This document shows, piece by piece, positions 47,169 through 59,455 of a stretch of 64,000 bases of DNA. The notes below the pieces were generated by a model. That model did no database searches. It was not told where the DNA came from and saw nothing but the letters and a program-made list of their open reading frames with translations. The first letter of the stretch is position 1. Every line of letters begins with the position of its first letter. Made by a program: the position numbers and the translations under genes. The DNA is taken from positions 19,660 through 83,659 of IMG/VR virus record IMGVR_UViG_3300005731_000127. One strand, written 5' to 3'. This DNA comes from a virus.

Positions 47169-47498
47169 GTGTTTTCCTTTATTTGTTTTTTTGCAACCTT
47201 CAGTAAGTCTTCAACATCGTCGCGAGTTGGTCTTGTGTTTACAGAGGTTCCGTTCAGAAACAGTTCAAAGTATGGCTTAACATCCCTTCGGTTGCTCCTG
47301 TAGAATTTGACTATCACTCCACTGTGAAATGTCCAAATATCAATGCCGGTAATATCAGGGTGACCAGTCTCAGTCTCTAAGCGGAAATACTCCGCGACAC
47401 CATCCAGCCAAGGATGATCCACCAGAAACTTCGGACACTCGGAGATACTCCGCAATCCGTCTGTAATTTCAGGCATTACCCATCCCCCTTTCGAGTCT

Positions 47499-47831
47499 TT
47501 AATATTCCTTAAATTCAGCATGACCGTTTACAACTAGAGCGGCGTTCAGGTCTTCATCGCCAATGATTAGATTAGCCAAGTACCGACCATACTTACCTTT
47601 TTTGTCTTTGATCGTAGTTATTGTAACACGATTTTCAACTTCTTCGAGTCTTTTTATTAAGTATTCTTTAGCTAACAGACCTTTTGGGCGTTCTACCCCG
47701 CGAGTTTCCCATGCGTCAATTCCGTAGAGACGAAAACGCTCTACGAAAGAAATTTTAAAACCCAAGTCAACTTTAATATCAACAGTGTCAGCGTCAACTA
47801 CTTTAAGTACCGTTCCGGTATATTCGTACAT
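47499..47831 (-). CDS. Thermonuclease (SNase) family
   Basis: VVDADT, RLYGIDAWE, GKYGRYLA. Confidence 0.88.
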   Translation of the reverse strand: MYEYTGTVLKVVDADTVDIKVDLGFKISFVERFRLYGIDAWETRGVERPKGLLAKEYLIKRLEEVENRVTITTIKDKKGKYGRYLANLIIGDEDLNAALVVNGHAEFKEY

Positions 47832-47897
47832 ATTTATCCTTTTTTAATCCCTATAAATGTGATGCGATCAGTAGCAATTCTTCTGTAATCTCAGGCA

Positions 47898-48725
47898 TTA
47901 CTCACCTCCTTTCACTGCCAGAATCGCATCGGCTGGGTCTTTACTATACACGTCTGGTGTCGCGACGAACCTAGCAACATTCGCACGAAAAGTGCCAGTA
48001 GCAGTCTCAAGCCATACCCCCGCAGCTTCTCTACTTCGTAACCTTTCCATCGCCGCATGGTCTTTCTTTAACTGCTCAATCGAAGTGTGTTCAACCAAGT
48101 CTCGGAACTCTTCTAGTCCGTGCTTGATGTCTTCAGCTACGGAAGGCTCCTTTCTGCGAAGTCTCTCGTAGTCAGCCTGTTTCATTCGGTAGCTGTACGT
48201 TCTCCAGCATCCCCCGCACGAGACACTGATCCATTTTTCAGCCCCCTTTATTTGAAGCTCTTCCAACGCCCGCTTCATGTCTCGGAACCGCTCTGGCAAT
48301 TCGCCCGGTCCCCAGACGATGTATTCATCTTCTGGATCAACCTGCTTGGATTCCCAATGCTTGCGAGCCGCTGCCATCTCGCGGAGTTCGGAGACTCGCC
48401 AACATGCCTCAGACCATTCAACATCAGGCAAGACAAGATCATCACTCTCGAAAATTCGTATCGCAGAAACTCCATCAGGGACACTCCAGTAACCCGAAGC
48501 CTTTTCTAGATTGTCATCGGACAAGTAGATGTCACCCCCTTTATCTCTAGTTATGCAGTAATCTTCCATGAAGCAATCAGGAACCTGCACTAGCGGTGGC
48601 TCCCCTTCCGGCAACTCGCCTGACAAACCAAGTAAGTAACGCATCAATACTCTCTCGTCTTCCGTGATTAGCGTTCTTGCATTCAGGCGTTTAGTCGCCT
48701 CGATAACTTCTTTTGGCATATTCAT
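47898..48725 (-). CDS. Hypothetical protein (higher GC)
   Basis: 275-aa ORF; visibly more GC-rich than its flanks. Confidence 0.55.
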   Translation of the reverse strand: MNMPKEVIEATKRLNARTLITEDERVLMRYLLGLSGELPEGEPPLVQVPDCFMEDYCITRDKGGDIYLSDDNLEKASGYWSVPDGVSAIRIFESDDLVLPDVEWSEACWRVSELREMAAARKHWESKQVDPEDEYIVWGPGELPERFRDMKRALEELQIKGAEKWISVSCGGCWRTYSYRMKQADYERLRRKEPSVAEDIKHGLEEFRDLVEHTSIEQLKKDHAAMERLRSREAAGVWLETATGTFRANVARFVATPDVYSKDPADAILAVKGGE

Positions 48726-48729
48726 TCTA

Positions 48730-49929
48730 TTATCCTAAAATATCTTTGGGGTCACTGAAAATTGGTCTTGGGCGATTCGCATTATCGTGTATCACCAAGT
48801 CTTTGTCAAGTCCAAAATAATTACCAATTGTCCAACTTAAATCTTTTGGATTGAACGCTGGACCTTCTACTTTAGAACCAACAGCATCTGTTTGTCCTAT
48901 AAATTGATTATGGTCAAATCCACCACCTGCAAATAGTAACGAATTACAAGCAGCTTTATGATCTCGTCCTGCATTGGAGTTAATTTTATAAGTTCTTCCA
49001 AATTCAGAACAAACAACGACTAATGTTTTGTCAAGTATACCATCTTTATCTAAATCTGCAACCAAATTTGTCAAAGAGTAATCAAGTTCTGTGCCTTTTC
49101 TTTCAAATCCATCCGAAATATTATTGTGCATATCCCATCCTCCGATGGACACGTTAACATATGATGCTCCAGCTTGCACTAACCGTTTCGCCAGCAAGAA
49201 GTCCTTACCTACAGGCGTATTAGCTCTGTATTGTTGTAAAACAGCAGTGGAGACTTGACTTAAGTCCAGTGCCTTGCTAGTGTTACCATAAATCATTTCT
49301 ACAGCTTTGGACCTTAAATCAACCCATTCTTGAGGAAGATGAGGCTTGGTTTTTTCAATAACCTCTGTCATCTGTAGTCTACGATTTAACTTACCACGTT
49401 GGAATGACGGAGTTAAATTAGTCACACCCTGAAGGTCTACTCTATAACCCATGTGTCCAGCACCCAACCAAGCAGGTCCATCGCCTTCGATCTTAGAAAG
49501 CTGAATGTAAGTAGGAATTCCGTTTGAAGCAAATCCTCTGTTATGAGAAACTAGCGACCCATGAGAAGGAAAGTTATTAGACTTGTTATTGAAATTCACT
49601 TCGCCAGTCATCGTCCATGATGTTGCTGATTGATGGTTAGCATCACGATGATGGAAATTTCTTACTACAGTCCACTTATCTGATTGAGCAGCAAGACGCT
49701 TCATATCTCCGCCAAGATATTCACCATTCTTAGTTTTTACAAATCCGCGATTAGAGCGAATTTCTACAGGAGCAATAGGTAGAGGATTAATGAAGTCGAT
49801 ATCACTAATTCCACCACTTAACCAAATAAAAATAAGGCTCTTATCTTTTTCTTTACTGTCAAAACTGTAGGTTACATTCGATCCCAATGCAGCTAAAGCC
49901 ATACTGGATATAAAGTTACGTCTGTTCAT
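48730..49929 (-). CDS. DUF1501 family protein with Tat signal
   Basis: MNRRNFI; IFIWLSGG; LLAKRLVQAG; GGWDMH; SEFGRT..GRDH; FAGGG. Confidence 0.88.
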   Translation of the reverse strand: MNRRNFISSMALAALGSNVTYSFDSKEKDKSLIFIWLSGGISDIDFINPLPIAPVEIRSNRGFVKTKNGEYLGGDMKRLAAQSDKWTVVRNFHHRDANHQSATSWTMTGEVNFNNKSNNFPSHGSLVSHNRGFASNGIPTYIQLSKIEGDGPAWLGAGHMGYRVDLQGVTNLTPSFQRGKLNRRLQMTEVIEKTKPHLPQEWVDLRSKAVEMIYGNTSKALDLSQVSTAVLQQYRANTPVGKDFLLAKRLVQAGASYVNVSIGGWDMHNNISDGFERKGTELDYSLTNLVADLDKDGILDKTLVVVCSEFGRTYKINSNAGRDHKAACNSLLFAGGGFDHNQFIGQTDAVGSKVEGPAFNPKDLSWTIGNYFGLDKDLVIHDNANRPRPIFSDPKDILG

Positions 49930-51077
49930 TTTTACTCCATTTCTTCTTCAAAAAAAATAGTATTTATTTCCTCGCCATCGTCATCATAAGGATCGCCTAA
50001 TTCAATCCATTCATATGAGTCCTGCCCGTCAACGAAAAGTACAGCATTCATCTCTCCATGACAACGATCAATAATAGAATACAAAGTGATCACTTTACGG
50101 CCAATATAGCTAGGGTTTTTGCTTTTAATAACTTTATAAACTTTCCCTTCTTTTAATTTGTAGTAGTCAATCATTCTTTTCTCTTTCTTTTAATAATTTA
50201 ATTAATTTGTCTTTAAAATTTGGATTTTCGATAAATGAGTGATATTTGTTATCATACTCTCTATTAAGAATGAATGCTGCCGCATTGTTAGCCACAGATA
50301 ACCAACCATATAGAAACACACACATCAATAAATAAAAACCAATATTGTCTGACTGAATCAACCATGAATTAATTATAGTAGCAACTACAACAATAAAACA
50401 AAAATAGATTTTAATTCTGTACATAAAAAATCCTTTTAGCATGTTCTATCAGTTTGTCGCCATCTTCAGGTTGGTATATAAACAAATCTTTATAAAGATC
50501 ATAGTCGATTTCTTCAACCAATTCTTTAATTTTATCTTCGAAGGATTTTGGTGGCTTGTTAAGACTATCCACAGAAGGATACACATGACCATTCTCGCAG
50601 GTATCGTTTCCATTGATTCTTCGCTCTCTACTAACGCCTTTTGATCCGCAAATTGGACAATATCCATGCATTATTTTACCCTCAACCCTTTTATATGTTT
50701 TTCAAAATCATAACCACATTTAGCCTCATAACCTTTAGGAGTTATTACAGATAGTTCAATTTCTATGAACTTTATTCTATCGTTCTCGTCGACAATAATT
50801 GTAGCTCTGCCAATACACGAATCGCACGTAACCATGCCATAACTAATTCTTACCTCAGTAGCCCCTAAAGCTCTAACGAGAGATATCGCGAACATATCAA
50901 CCTTACAACCAGTTAATTCTGGCAAAACTTTATATGTCACAAATCCACCATTGCCACTAAAATCATCTTCATCAATCGTAGTGCGATGTTCTGTGTAATA
51001 TTTTTTTATACGATTTTCTCTTTCGAGTTCTTCTTTAATCTTTTTAGGTAGTAACATATTATTCCTCTGCGTAGCAG

Positions 51078-51944
51078 TTATAATTTCCCCACAATTTCTT
51101 TAATATCTCTAACGGCGACCTCATACTTGTCTAGTTGAGTAATGCAATTGTCGATATTGCCATAATGAATTTCCAAACATTCCAAAAGTAGTTTCTTGAT
51201 CTTTTCTTTATCTGGACTATAAGGTAATGTACTGGAATTATATAAATTTTCAAGATATTTTTCTTTTTGTCCGAAAAACTCTTCTGTATCTTGTAAAGAC
51301 CATCCACCATTGCGAATATTCTTAAGTGTATCCTTATTTTTTGTTAAGTCAAGATCGCCCTCAGAAAGAATCTGGTCGATTTCAAAAATAAGACGGACTA
51401 GGTGATACTGATTCTTAGTATCGACTCCGAACTTATCAATCAATTCAACTCTCTTGCCTGTTCTTTTTCTGTACAACTGTTGTTTTTGAGCATATGCGTA
51501 TCCTTTAAAACTATGGTACGCCTTTTTACTAAGGAATAAATGTCTATTTTCCCTTACAAGATTTCCAATTTGACTTGATTGAATCACACATTTTTGTCCA
51601 GTAAAGAGTGTATCAATCATATTCGGATTTGCATTCATGCAAAGTTTAAAATACTGTACAATATTATAGATATTGAAATCGTATTTTTTTTCTTTATATT
51701 CTTTTCCATGCTCCTGCCATCCGTTAAAAGGCTTAGATTCATCAAATCCTATAAGCTCACCTTTAAGATGTGGAAAAATAACATCTTTAGTAGGAATGCA
51801 AAATCCTACAATATCAATATCAGAATAGTCTTCACTTACTCCGTAAGATACACTGCCAGTATACGTAGCATACATAACGTTGTTTGGCAACCATAAAGGA
51901 GGGTGAATTAATTTTTCTTTAGTCATCTCTTGAATAATTTTCAT
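51078..51944 (-). CDS. Predicted nucleotidyltransferase (YcgL/Nuc-transf-like)
   Basis: GSVSYG..SDIDIVG, NPNMIDTL, YHLVRL. Confidence 0.85.
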   Translation of the reverse strand: MKIIQEMTKEKLIHPPLWLPNNVMYATYTGSVSYGVSEDYSDIDIVGFCIPTKDVIFPHLKGELIGFDESKPFNGWQEHGKEYKEKKYDFNIYNIVQYFKLCMNANPNMIDTLFTGQKCVIQSSQIGNLVRENRHLFLSKKAYHSFKGYAYAQKQQLYRKRTGKRVELIDKFGVDTKNQYHLVRLIFEIDQILSEGDLDLTKNKDTLKNIRNGGWSLQDTEEFFGQKEKYLENLYNSSTLPYSPDKEKIKKLLLECLEIHYGNIDNCITQLDKYEVAVRDIKEIVGKL

Positions 51945-52157
51945 ACGATTTCTTCCTCTTTGACTCTTCTTAGCATTTCTCTTGCTTGATCTTTAGATTT
52001 TTTACTTAAATCAATATCATTTTCCGGATATGGTTTTCCGCCATTCCTTTTGTATATAAATTCGGTCAATCTATGGAGTTCTAATTCACGGCTTGTCTCA
52101 AGTAAACTATCAGCAAAAGGGATCATAAGTAATACAAATATAGTTAAAAATATAATT

Positions 52158-53339
52158 TCAGTCATTTTTATTCCACTTTAAGTAATTAATAAATTCGGGT
52201 AATTTTACCTCTTGGTATGATGCGTCTACATCATTAAATATACATACAGCAGAAACAATTAAAGAAGAAAGCAGGCAAATTACAACAATAGCGACCTTAT
52301 ACTTAAGGGGTGTCTCTACCGTAAGATAGTCAAATTCCTTAAATTTACGCCTCTTCCATCTATTAGGTATTTCATCATACAGCCATTTTGCTACTATGTC
52401 AATATCCAATTTTTCTTTTATTTGTTTTTCTTGTTCTTTTTTTAATTCTACTAAGAAGTCATGCGATTCGGACCATGAAAAATTATCTGCCCATACCACC
52501 TTGCCATCTGATACACCAAAGCCTAAAACTAATTCATTTTTGTTCCCTCCGTGCCAATAGGATTTTTGTTTTTGAAATATCGACATAGGCTTATCGTGAT
52601 ACACTAATACAATAATGTTTATTTGATATAGCATCCCGTAATAGGCGTTGAGTTTTTCAAGCTCTTGAGACCGTTCCCATCCAATAACGTGATTGGCATC
52701 AAAATGAAGATTATCGTGACTATCAAATTCATACAAGCCCATTTCTTTAGCTTGTTTACTAGAAATTTTATCAAACCCCATTACCGAGTTAGACACTTGT
52801 ATTTTGTTCTGATAAGAATGTCTTGAAGAATAAGGCTGAATATGATCATAGATGTTGTCAAATTGAGTGTTGTATATGTTGCCGCTTATCGTATATCCAG
52901 AATTGACGCCAATTTTTTGTTGATTTCCAAAAATACTAACCAACTTCTTATATCTAGGCTCTTTAATAGAGACATATCTTGTATCATTTAAATACGCGAA
53001 CCATCTTTCAGGATGATGTCTGACATAAGAACAGTCGTATTCTTTAGTGCAGTATTTAGTATTGCCATCAGAATCGGTTCCGCAGGAAATTTGTTTTTCG
53101 CATGTTTGGTGTACATATTCATTCCAAGCTTCTTCATAGACAGCTTCTACAATATAATTATTCCATATTTCATAATCTTTTGTTAAATTATATCGCAAGT
53201 AAAAAAACAAAACAGAAACAATTAAAAAAGGAATAAAAAATTGAGTAAAAACTTCTACCGTTGTTATTCTGTGACCGAAAAATACACGACTAACCATTAA
53301 GCAGCTAATGATTATTAAACATACTAAAAACCACTCCAT
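52158..53339 (-). CDS. Membrane protein with extracellular domain
   Basis: N- and C-terminal TMs; Cys-rich loop; WHGGNKNE. Confidence 0.7.
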   Translation of the reverse strand: MEWFLVCLIIISCLMVSRVFFGHRITTVEVFTQFFIPFLIVSVLFFYLRYNLTKDYEIWNNYIVEAVYEEAWNEYVHQTCEKQISCGTDSDGNTKYCTKEYDCSYVRHHPERWFAYLNDTRYVSIKEPRYKKLVSIFGNQQKIGVNSGYTISGNIYNTQFDNIYDHIQPYSSRHSYQNKIQVSNSVMGFDKISSKQAKEMGLYEFDSHDNLHFDANHVIGWERSQELEKLNAYYGMLYQINIIVLVYHDKPMSIFQKQKSYWHGGNKNELVLGFGVSDGKVVWADNFSWSESHDFLVELKKEQEKQIKEKLDIDIVAKWLYDEIPNRWKRRKFKEFDYLTVETPLKYKVAIVVICLLSSLIVSAVCIFNDVDASYQEVKLPEFINYLKWNKND

Positions 53340-53347
53340 AATATCTC

Positions 53348-53893
53348 CTAGAGACTTAGATTTACATTATTGTCTTGACCTTCGGCTATAATCGACTTTG
53401 TTCTTTCTGAGCTAATCACGTTTACAGGATCAAGCTTGTCTCTATTCCCCATAGACAGAATTAACCCACTAAATACGCCATCGAACATCGTATTATGTTG
53501 ACGATGAAAGTCAATAAGTTTTACCTGCTCTAAAAGAAAAGATTCGCGTTGAGCCTCAATCGAATTAGAAAGAGATGTAAATTGCTCCTGTGAAAATGCG
53601 GATTCCGGATTTGATTCATTGACGATCTTAATGAATGAGCCAGACCTGCCTTTAACGAGCGAATCAACAAGCTCCTTCTGCTGTTCTTTAGATGCTTTGG
53701 TGACTTGTGCTTGTTGTTCGATCACCTTCCACATTTTATCAAACTCAGCCTCTACGACTTGAGATTGAGAAATAGCCTGATTTTTCAAGGAAGCTTCTGA
53801 ATCTAGAGTAGAAACAGCCCCCATAAAAGAAAGAAGCACAAAAAGACAGAACGTAATACCCGAACACAAAAATACCGCTGTAACAGTCTTCAT
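53348..53893 (-). CDS. LemA-like membrane-anchored protein
   Basis: N-terminal TM; FDKMWKVI; helical; paired with the downstream membrane gene. Confidence 0.55.
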   Translation of the reverse strand: MKTVTAVFLCSGITFCLFVLLSFMGAVSTLDSEASLKNQAISQSQVVEAEFDKMWKVIEQQAQVTKASKEQQKELVDSLVKGRSGSFIKIVNESNPESAFSQEQFTSLSNSIEAQRESFLLEQVKLIDFHRQHNTMFDGVFSGLILSMGNRDKLDPVNVISSERTKSIIAEGQDNNVNLSL

Positions 53894-54573
53894 GATATAC
53901 CCCTTTAGTTAAAGATTTTCTTGAGTGCCTGAATAATGCCTTCTCGCTTACAGTAATTGTCATTTGGGTGACAAAAAGCAACGCCGGTAAAAATTTTATT
54001 CTGTGGGCTTGTTACTGTGACAACGGTTTTTCCGCCTCTAGCCATAAACTTGTTAGAATTTTTATCCGACTGTTTTGATCGAACTAAAACTACATTATTT
54101 GTACCAATATTAGATTTAGCTAATCGATAATGGGCGATTTCTACATTGTATCCGCCAGACTTAAGTTGTTCAAGTGCCTTCATTTTTCTCTCCTGTTTAA
54201 TTTAATATAGTCGTTGTGCCAAAGGCACGTATTACACAAATTGATAAAAGCGAAAAACCCGCCAATTATATAAAATAACTTACTTGTAAAATATAGAGCG
54301 ACCATCATAATTATAATGGACACAATAAGCTTCGTCAGCGACGTTATAAAATATTTCTTGTACGGGTTTTTGTTACTCATTTTATGATCTTTACGAAGTT
54401 ATGTAGTTCTGGATCGAAACCAGAATGCGATTTTAATTTTTTTTGCAGCCTTTTTAGTTTTTTCTTTTCCCATCGAAGAGAATCTTCCATTTGACGAATC
54501 TCGTTATTGATTCGTTTTATTTTGCTTTGAATCTTGTCGATCCCTTCAAGGATATTGCTTAGTTCATCACTCA

Positions 54574-56198
54574 TCACGCTTTCTCCCTAAGTTTAATAAT
54601 AACCGCAGACCGGCAGATTGCTTGTCCTAGTTTGTCTCCATAAACATCTTCCGGGTCTCCAATAGAGTTTATTAATGAGACTTCAAATCCATCCCCCTTG
54701 CTTAACAATGCAAATTCGGGACGCCACAACGTCATCGCCAGATTCATATCCCCCGCGAAGTCTCGCGGCTTTGTTCGCCATGCGTTGATATGTGTTTCGA
54801 GGTCTTGCTGGTAGGGTTTTCCTTGGCGGTTGGTCCAAAAGTTCCAATCCGTATCTCGCTTAACTCTCTCAATGTCCTCAACGTCAAGCAGTGACTTTAT
54901 TCGGTTGACTGAGAAACGGTGGCTACTGCTTGGTAGCTCGTACCACCAGTTACAGGAGTCCCATTCTTGCCTAAAACCTCGCAGACACTGACGTATCCGT
55001 TCCTCTCGCTCCTTCCCCTCACTGTCAAAGCAACTCAAGTTATCACGAAAGATAATAACCTCGACCGCCTTGTTAAGTTCATCGCCGCTAAGTTCGCGGG
55101 CTTGGGATTCTGTGTAGTGCATCATGGTGAAACCCTTTTATCTCCTCGACATTTCCAACACGCAGATTCTGAACTGCGATACGGTCCCTGAATACGCTCA
55201 TAGCCTTTACCCGCACATTCAGGGCAAATTATCTTGCTCTGTTCAGCCGACAATTTTCGTTTAAGTTCTTTGATCTCAGAATCTCGGTAGTCCCCTGCCA
55301 ATGGTTGATAGTGGCACATTCCATAGTTCTCGTGACCACTTTCAGCGTGTTCAGCGACAAGTTCAATCTGCTCTTTTGTGGCAGATATCCCCGCTTCGTC
55401 TAGTGCTTCAGAGATACAGACAATCCAATAATCACTCATTCCCCGCCTCCCACGATTTCGCAAGTATCGAAAATAAGATCATCGAACCATCGCTCAACAG
55501 TCGCGACGAACCAGCCCTGTTGTTCTAAATCTACCTCCTCCCCTTCGAGTGGTTCTCGCGAACACATTTCCTCAATGAGATTATCTCTCAATTTAATAAG
55601 CGTTTGTTCAATCCTAACGTTCGGCGTGGACAACAAATCGGGATGACAGCAAGAGAAGTCTGGAGTACATTCACCCAACCCTCTGTGCTGTCCGTTGTGT
55701 TGTGGTTCGCCAGAAAGCCACCGCAACAATTGCGTTTCCGGTCTAACGACTCGTTCTTTGTTTATTGGGTTCTTCATTATTTCACGCTTTTCAAGAGTCC
55801 GCTCATCAGTAATTTCAGGCATTATTTAACTCCTTAAAGTCGCCACCCATCAAGATATAAATCCGAACCTGTTTCAATAGCTCTCTTGCACTGTCGTCTT
55901 TCTCTTCTTCATAAAAGTCTCGTGATATCGAGAACTTGCTTTCCACTTTCACTCGGTCAAGAAGTTTTAGTTTTGTTTTTATGTTCTTGCAGAGCTTGTT
56001 CCATTTCAAACCTGCATCCCACTCATCGTCGACACATCCAAGCTCCCATTTAATACGGCACGTCTGACACTCAGCAACGCCCGGATTAAACGACGAGTAT
56101 CCACAATCACGAACATTCACATCACCAGTACAGTTCGGACATCGTTCAATCTGAAGTGTTTCAGTTCCCGTCGCTTGTCTTGTAATCTCAGACATCAC
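54574..56198 (-). other. GC-richer block of four hypothetical genes (two with zinc ribbons)
   Basis: ORFs 54574, 55122, 55436, 55815; CPEC/CWKC and CPNC/CQTC. Confidence 0.55.
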
Positions 56199-56819
56199 TC
56201 ACCCTCATTTGATCGCAGATATAAATTGTCTTTACACTCTTTGCAGATATTATACTGATGCTCAGTTATCCTTGGTGGGGATATTGTAAAGTTTCTGAAT
56301 GGAATTACAAGAGTAATTACTGAATTTTTTTCAGTTTTACATTTTTGGCACTTCATACCTTGATTCCCGATTTTTCAATAGCTTGATCATTTTTGCGTTT
56401 AACTTCAGAATCAGCGATTTCTTTCACAACTTCCGAGATAGATTGCTGTGCGTCGTCAGCGTTGTCACAGTAATAGACTACACCTTGAAGAAATTTATAA
56501 TCGAATCCGGAATCTACGTCAATATCTTTTTCTGAAATAACTTCTACAACTTTATAATCCGAAGTCATACAAATACTCCCAACATCAAGTTTTTCCGTAG
56601 AAAGAAACACATATTCACCACTATATCCAGACTTGTATTTGCAAGAATAACTGTAGTACGATCCACGCCGTTTAACAATTTCTGCTGCCAGCGATTTGTT
56701 TTTATTGCCACTTGTCTCCTTGTAAGCAAGCGAGCCAATTGAAGCCTTGTAAGGACTGTAAAAATCGTAAGGATAGAAAGATTCCAAAGATTTTATCATA
56801 TACTTTTCATCACCCATAA

Positions 56820-57899
56820 TCATTCTCCTAATTTTTTCTGAACCTCGTTCAGTAACGGTGTTAAATTTTTGTTAATTTCTTCATCCGGAGTTGTTCCGTT
56901 TTTTCTTGCGGAAAACAAGTAACAGGACAGTTTACAATCTTTAACCGCAAGTGCAAACTTTTTCTGATTCTTTTCATCCCAAAAACAAAACCAGTAGTTG
57001 TTGACTTCTTCTTTTATTTGTTCAACTGCGGTCTTTACCGCATCAATACGAGTTTTCATTTCTGGAAAATATGTTAAGACCTCATCTAGTTCTCCATTCA
57101 TAATTAATGGTAGAATATTCTTAACGTGAGCAATGTTCCCGTTATTTGAAAGACGATGAAGCGATAAATAACTCGAACTTTTGCATTTTATGCGAAGATT
57201 ATTGCGGTCACGCAAAACGTATCCTTCAAAAGTCGGATCATCTGCTTCCATTTGCTTAACAGCGGATAAAACCTCCTCTTCTGAGGCAAAAACTTCATGA
57301 GAAGCGAATTCTATTCCTTCAACTAATTCTTCACAAAGAACTTGACCTCTACTAAGCTCGTCATGAGCATCAAAAACAGATAAAAGAAAAGCAGTTGGTT
57401 TTTCGTAATCACGAACGATTTTATTGTAACGAGAACATAGTTCGAAACAATACGTTAAACTTGGGTCTAATTCACGCCAATTAGGACACGCCAGAGTAAA
57501 TAGTTCACGCCAAGTCATTCCGCTACTTCCGACTTCTCCGTGTCCGAATGAATTTCTCGTATTTAAGTGCATTTCTCCCTGCCAAGAATAGACAGTAATT
57601 AAGGAACCGTCTTCCTTGTGGAATCCACAGAAGTCAGACCAATCGAAATTCTTATCATCGTCCGTCTCTCCGAGATTGAAGAATCGCGTGAACGAACGAG
57701 CGACTAAAGCCCAATCATTGTTTGAGTCAAGAACTAATCCGCGACACTCACGAACAATTGGTGCGGTTTTATGTTTCGCAGAATCAATCTGAGAATAGTT
57801 AAGGATAACACGCCCATCTTCATGACGTGTATTTTTAATTCCATAATATTCTTCGAGTTTTTCCAGCGACTGCTTACGCAGAAAATCTTGGACTAACAT
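56820..57899 (-). CDS. RNA ligase, T4 Rnl1-like
   Basis: ECRGLVL, RFFNLGE, KEDGSL, FELCS, EGYV, KCKS. Confidence 0.9.
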   Translation of the reverse strand: MLVQDFLRKQSLEKLEEYYGIKNTRHEDGRVILNYSQIDSAKHKTAPIVRECRGLVLDSNNDWALVARSFTRFFNLGETDDDKNFDWSDFCGFHKEDGSLITVYSWQGEMHLNTRNSFGHGEVGSSGMTWRELFTLACPNWRELDPSLTYCFELCSRYNKIVRDYEKPTAFLLSVFDAHDELSRGQVLCEELVEGIEFASHEVFASEEEVLSAVKQMEADDPTFEGYVLRDRNNLRIKCKSSSYLSLHRLSNNGNIAHVKNILPLIMNGELDEVLTYFPEMKTRIDAVKTAVEQIKEEVNNYWFCFWDEKNQKKFALAVKDCKLSCYLFSARKNGTTPDEEINKNLTPLLNEVQKKLGE

Positions 57900-58556
57900 A
57901 ATACTGCCTTCTTCTTTTAATCCCTAAAAATATGATCGATTAATTCATCAATAAGGTTTGTTGTTTTTTTATCATCAAGATCGTTAACGTAACCATCTTC
58001 ATCAAGCATTATGAAGGTGACTCCCGCTTTAGCAAGTGCGGCATAAATTTCAAAATAATAACAACCATCCCCAAAAGGTCTCTTGCCACTAAAACATTCT
58101 TGCTCTTTCATTACTTTTTTTAAGAGTTTTTGCAACTGCTGCTTGATTGAAGTTGTTTCATCATAAGGACTTGCGAGAATTTTATCGTAATTAATCATTT
58201 AGTAACTCCTTAACTTGTTGTTTAATCTTATCAATTTCTCGTCTTTAAAATATTTTTGTTCACTATTCCGTATATTGTTATCTTAATTTGGACAATCAAT
58301 AATTGTAAATCCTAAATCTAAAATTTCATTAATCTCATTTTCACTACCATCACCTTCCCAAGACCATTCCATACAAGTTTGAAAAAGTCCTACTTCTGGT
58401 TCTAACCCAATATCTGGAATATATTTATTAGCTTCCCAAAAGTTTTTAGGAACGAAATGCCAAACTTTATAATCCGGGTCATTGTTATACATAGCATACC
58501 AGTTTTTAAAATCTGGATTTTTTACTTCATCAATAATTTCTGATTCGTTAATTACT

Positions 58557-59045
58557 CTATTCCTTCATTTTCTTATCTAATATAAGCTGCCTAATCTCGA
58601 ACTCAATTATAACTTTATCTTGGAATCTATCAAGCATTGCCTGAATCACTTCTTTCGGAACTCCATGAGTATTTCTTTTGAAGCATTCATCAACATCATA
58701 ACGCCAATCCGAGTCGGCTTCAACTACAATTACTTCATAATCATGATTTATTGCCATTTCGGCATATGGTTTGATTTCTTTCCATGTCGTGTTTGTATTG
58801 TCGACTATAACACACTCTTCGCTGTTATGCAAGTGCTGTTTGACTCTTTTTTGATTCCATCGGTGGGCTACTCCAATTTTTGCACGATCAAAGACGTATG
58901 GATTATCTTCATCGACATACCAATAATCATCTGTACTACAGATATGGCAGGTAAAATCAAGTCGCTCCATGTCCTCTTTTATTTGTTTCGCGGTATAGGA
59001 TTTACCTGACCCCGGAATTCCGCGAGTGATAATAATTTTTTTCAT
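58557..59045 (-). CDS. P-loop kinase (AAA_33; polynucleotide kinase/N4BP2-like)
   Basis: RGIPGSGKS, STDDY, VDNTN, RNTHGVP. Confidence 0.88.
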   Translation of the reverse strand: MKKIIITRGIPGSGKSYTAKQIKEDMERLDFTCHICSTDDYWYVDEDNPYVFDRAKIGVAHRWNQKRVKQHLHNSEECVIVDNTNTTWKEIKPYAEMAINHDYEVIVVEADSDWRYDVDECFKRNTHGVPKEVIQAMLDRFQDKVIIEFEIRQLILDKKMKE

Positions 59046-59455
59046 TTTGCACCATATGTTTGCAGGAAGTATAATGCAAGTTCGTACTTGTCCTTCATAC
59101 TTCCCCTTTTTAATGTTTTTAGATTATCTTTCAGGTCCGCAATTTTTACAGTAGTTGCATACATATTATCGGAGACTCTTAAGATGTAATCTTTGTACGA
59201 TTCTTTTTCTTTTTTTGTAATAGCGTAAACACCGTCCGCGACAGATTCACCAAAACCATCGCGTATCTCGTCGATAGTTACATCAGTATCCTCAACAACA
59301 TCATGTAGCCAAGCAACACAAATAGTTGTTTCATTAAGTCGCTGTACTGCTTTTGCAACAGCCTGTGGATGAACAATGTAGGGTTCGCCACCCCATCGTG
59401 TTTGCCCTTCGTGTGCTTTAGTTGCCAACGATATTGCTTTTTCGACTTTAGTCAT
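59042..59455 (-). CDS. HD-domain hydrolase (SpoT/Mesh1-like)
   Basis: AHEGQTR..EPYIVHP, WLHDVVED, VKIADLKDN. Confidence 0.88.
   Translation of the reverse strand: MTKVEKAISLATKAHEGQTRWGGEPYIVHPQAVAKAVQRLNETTICVAWLHDVVEDTDVTIDEIRDGFGESVADGVYAITKKEKESYKDYILRVSDNMYATTVKIADLKDNLKTLKRGSMKDKYELALYFLQTYGAK

Noticed and set aside
56235-56300. Possible promoter (TATAAT on the minus strand) in the intergenic gap
   Set aside because: No recognisable -35 element at 16-18 nt; insufficient support
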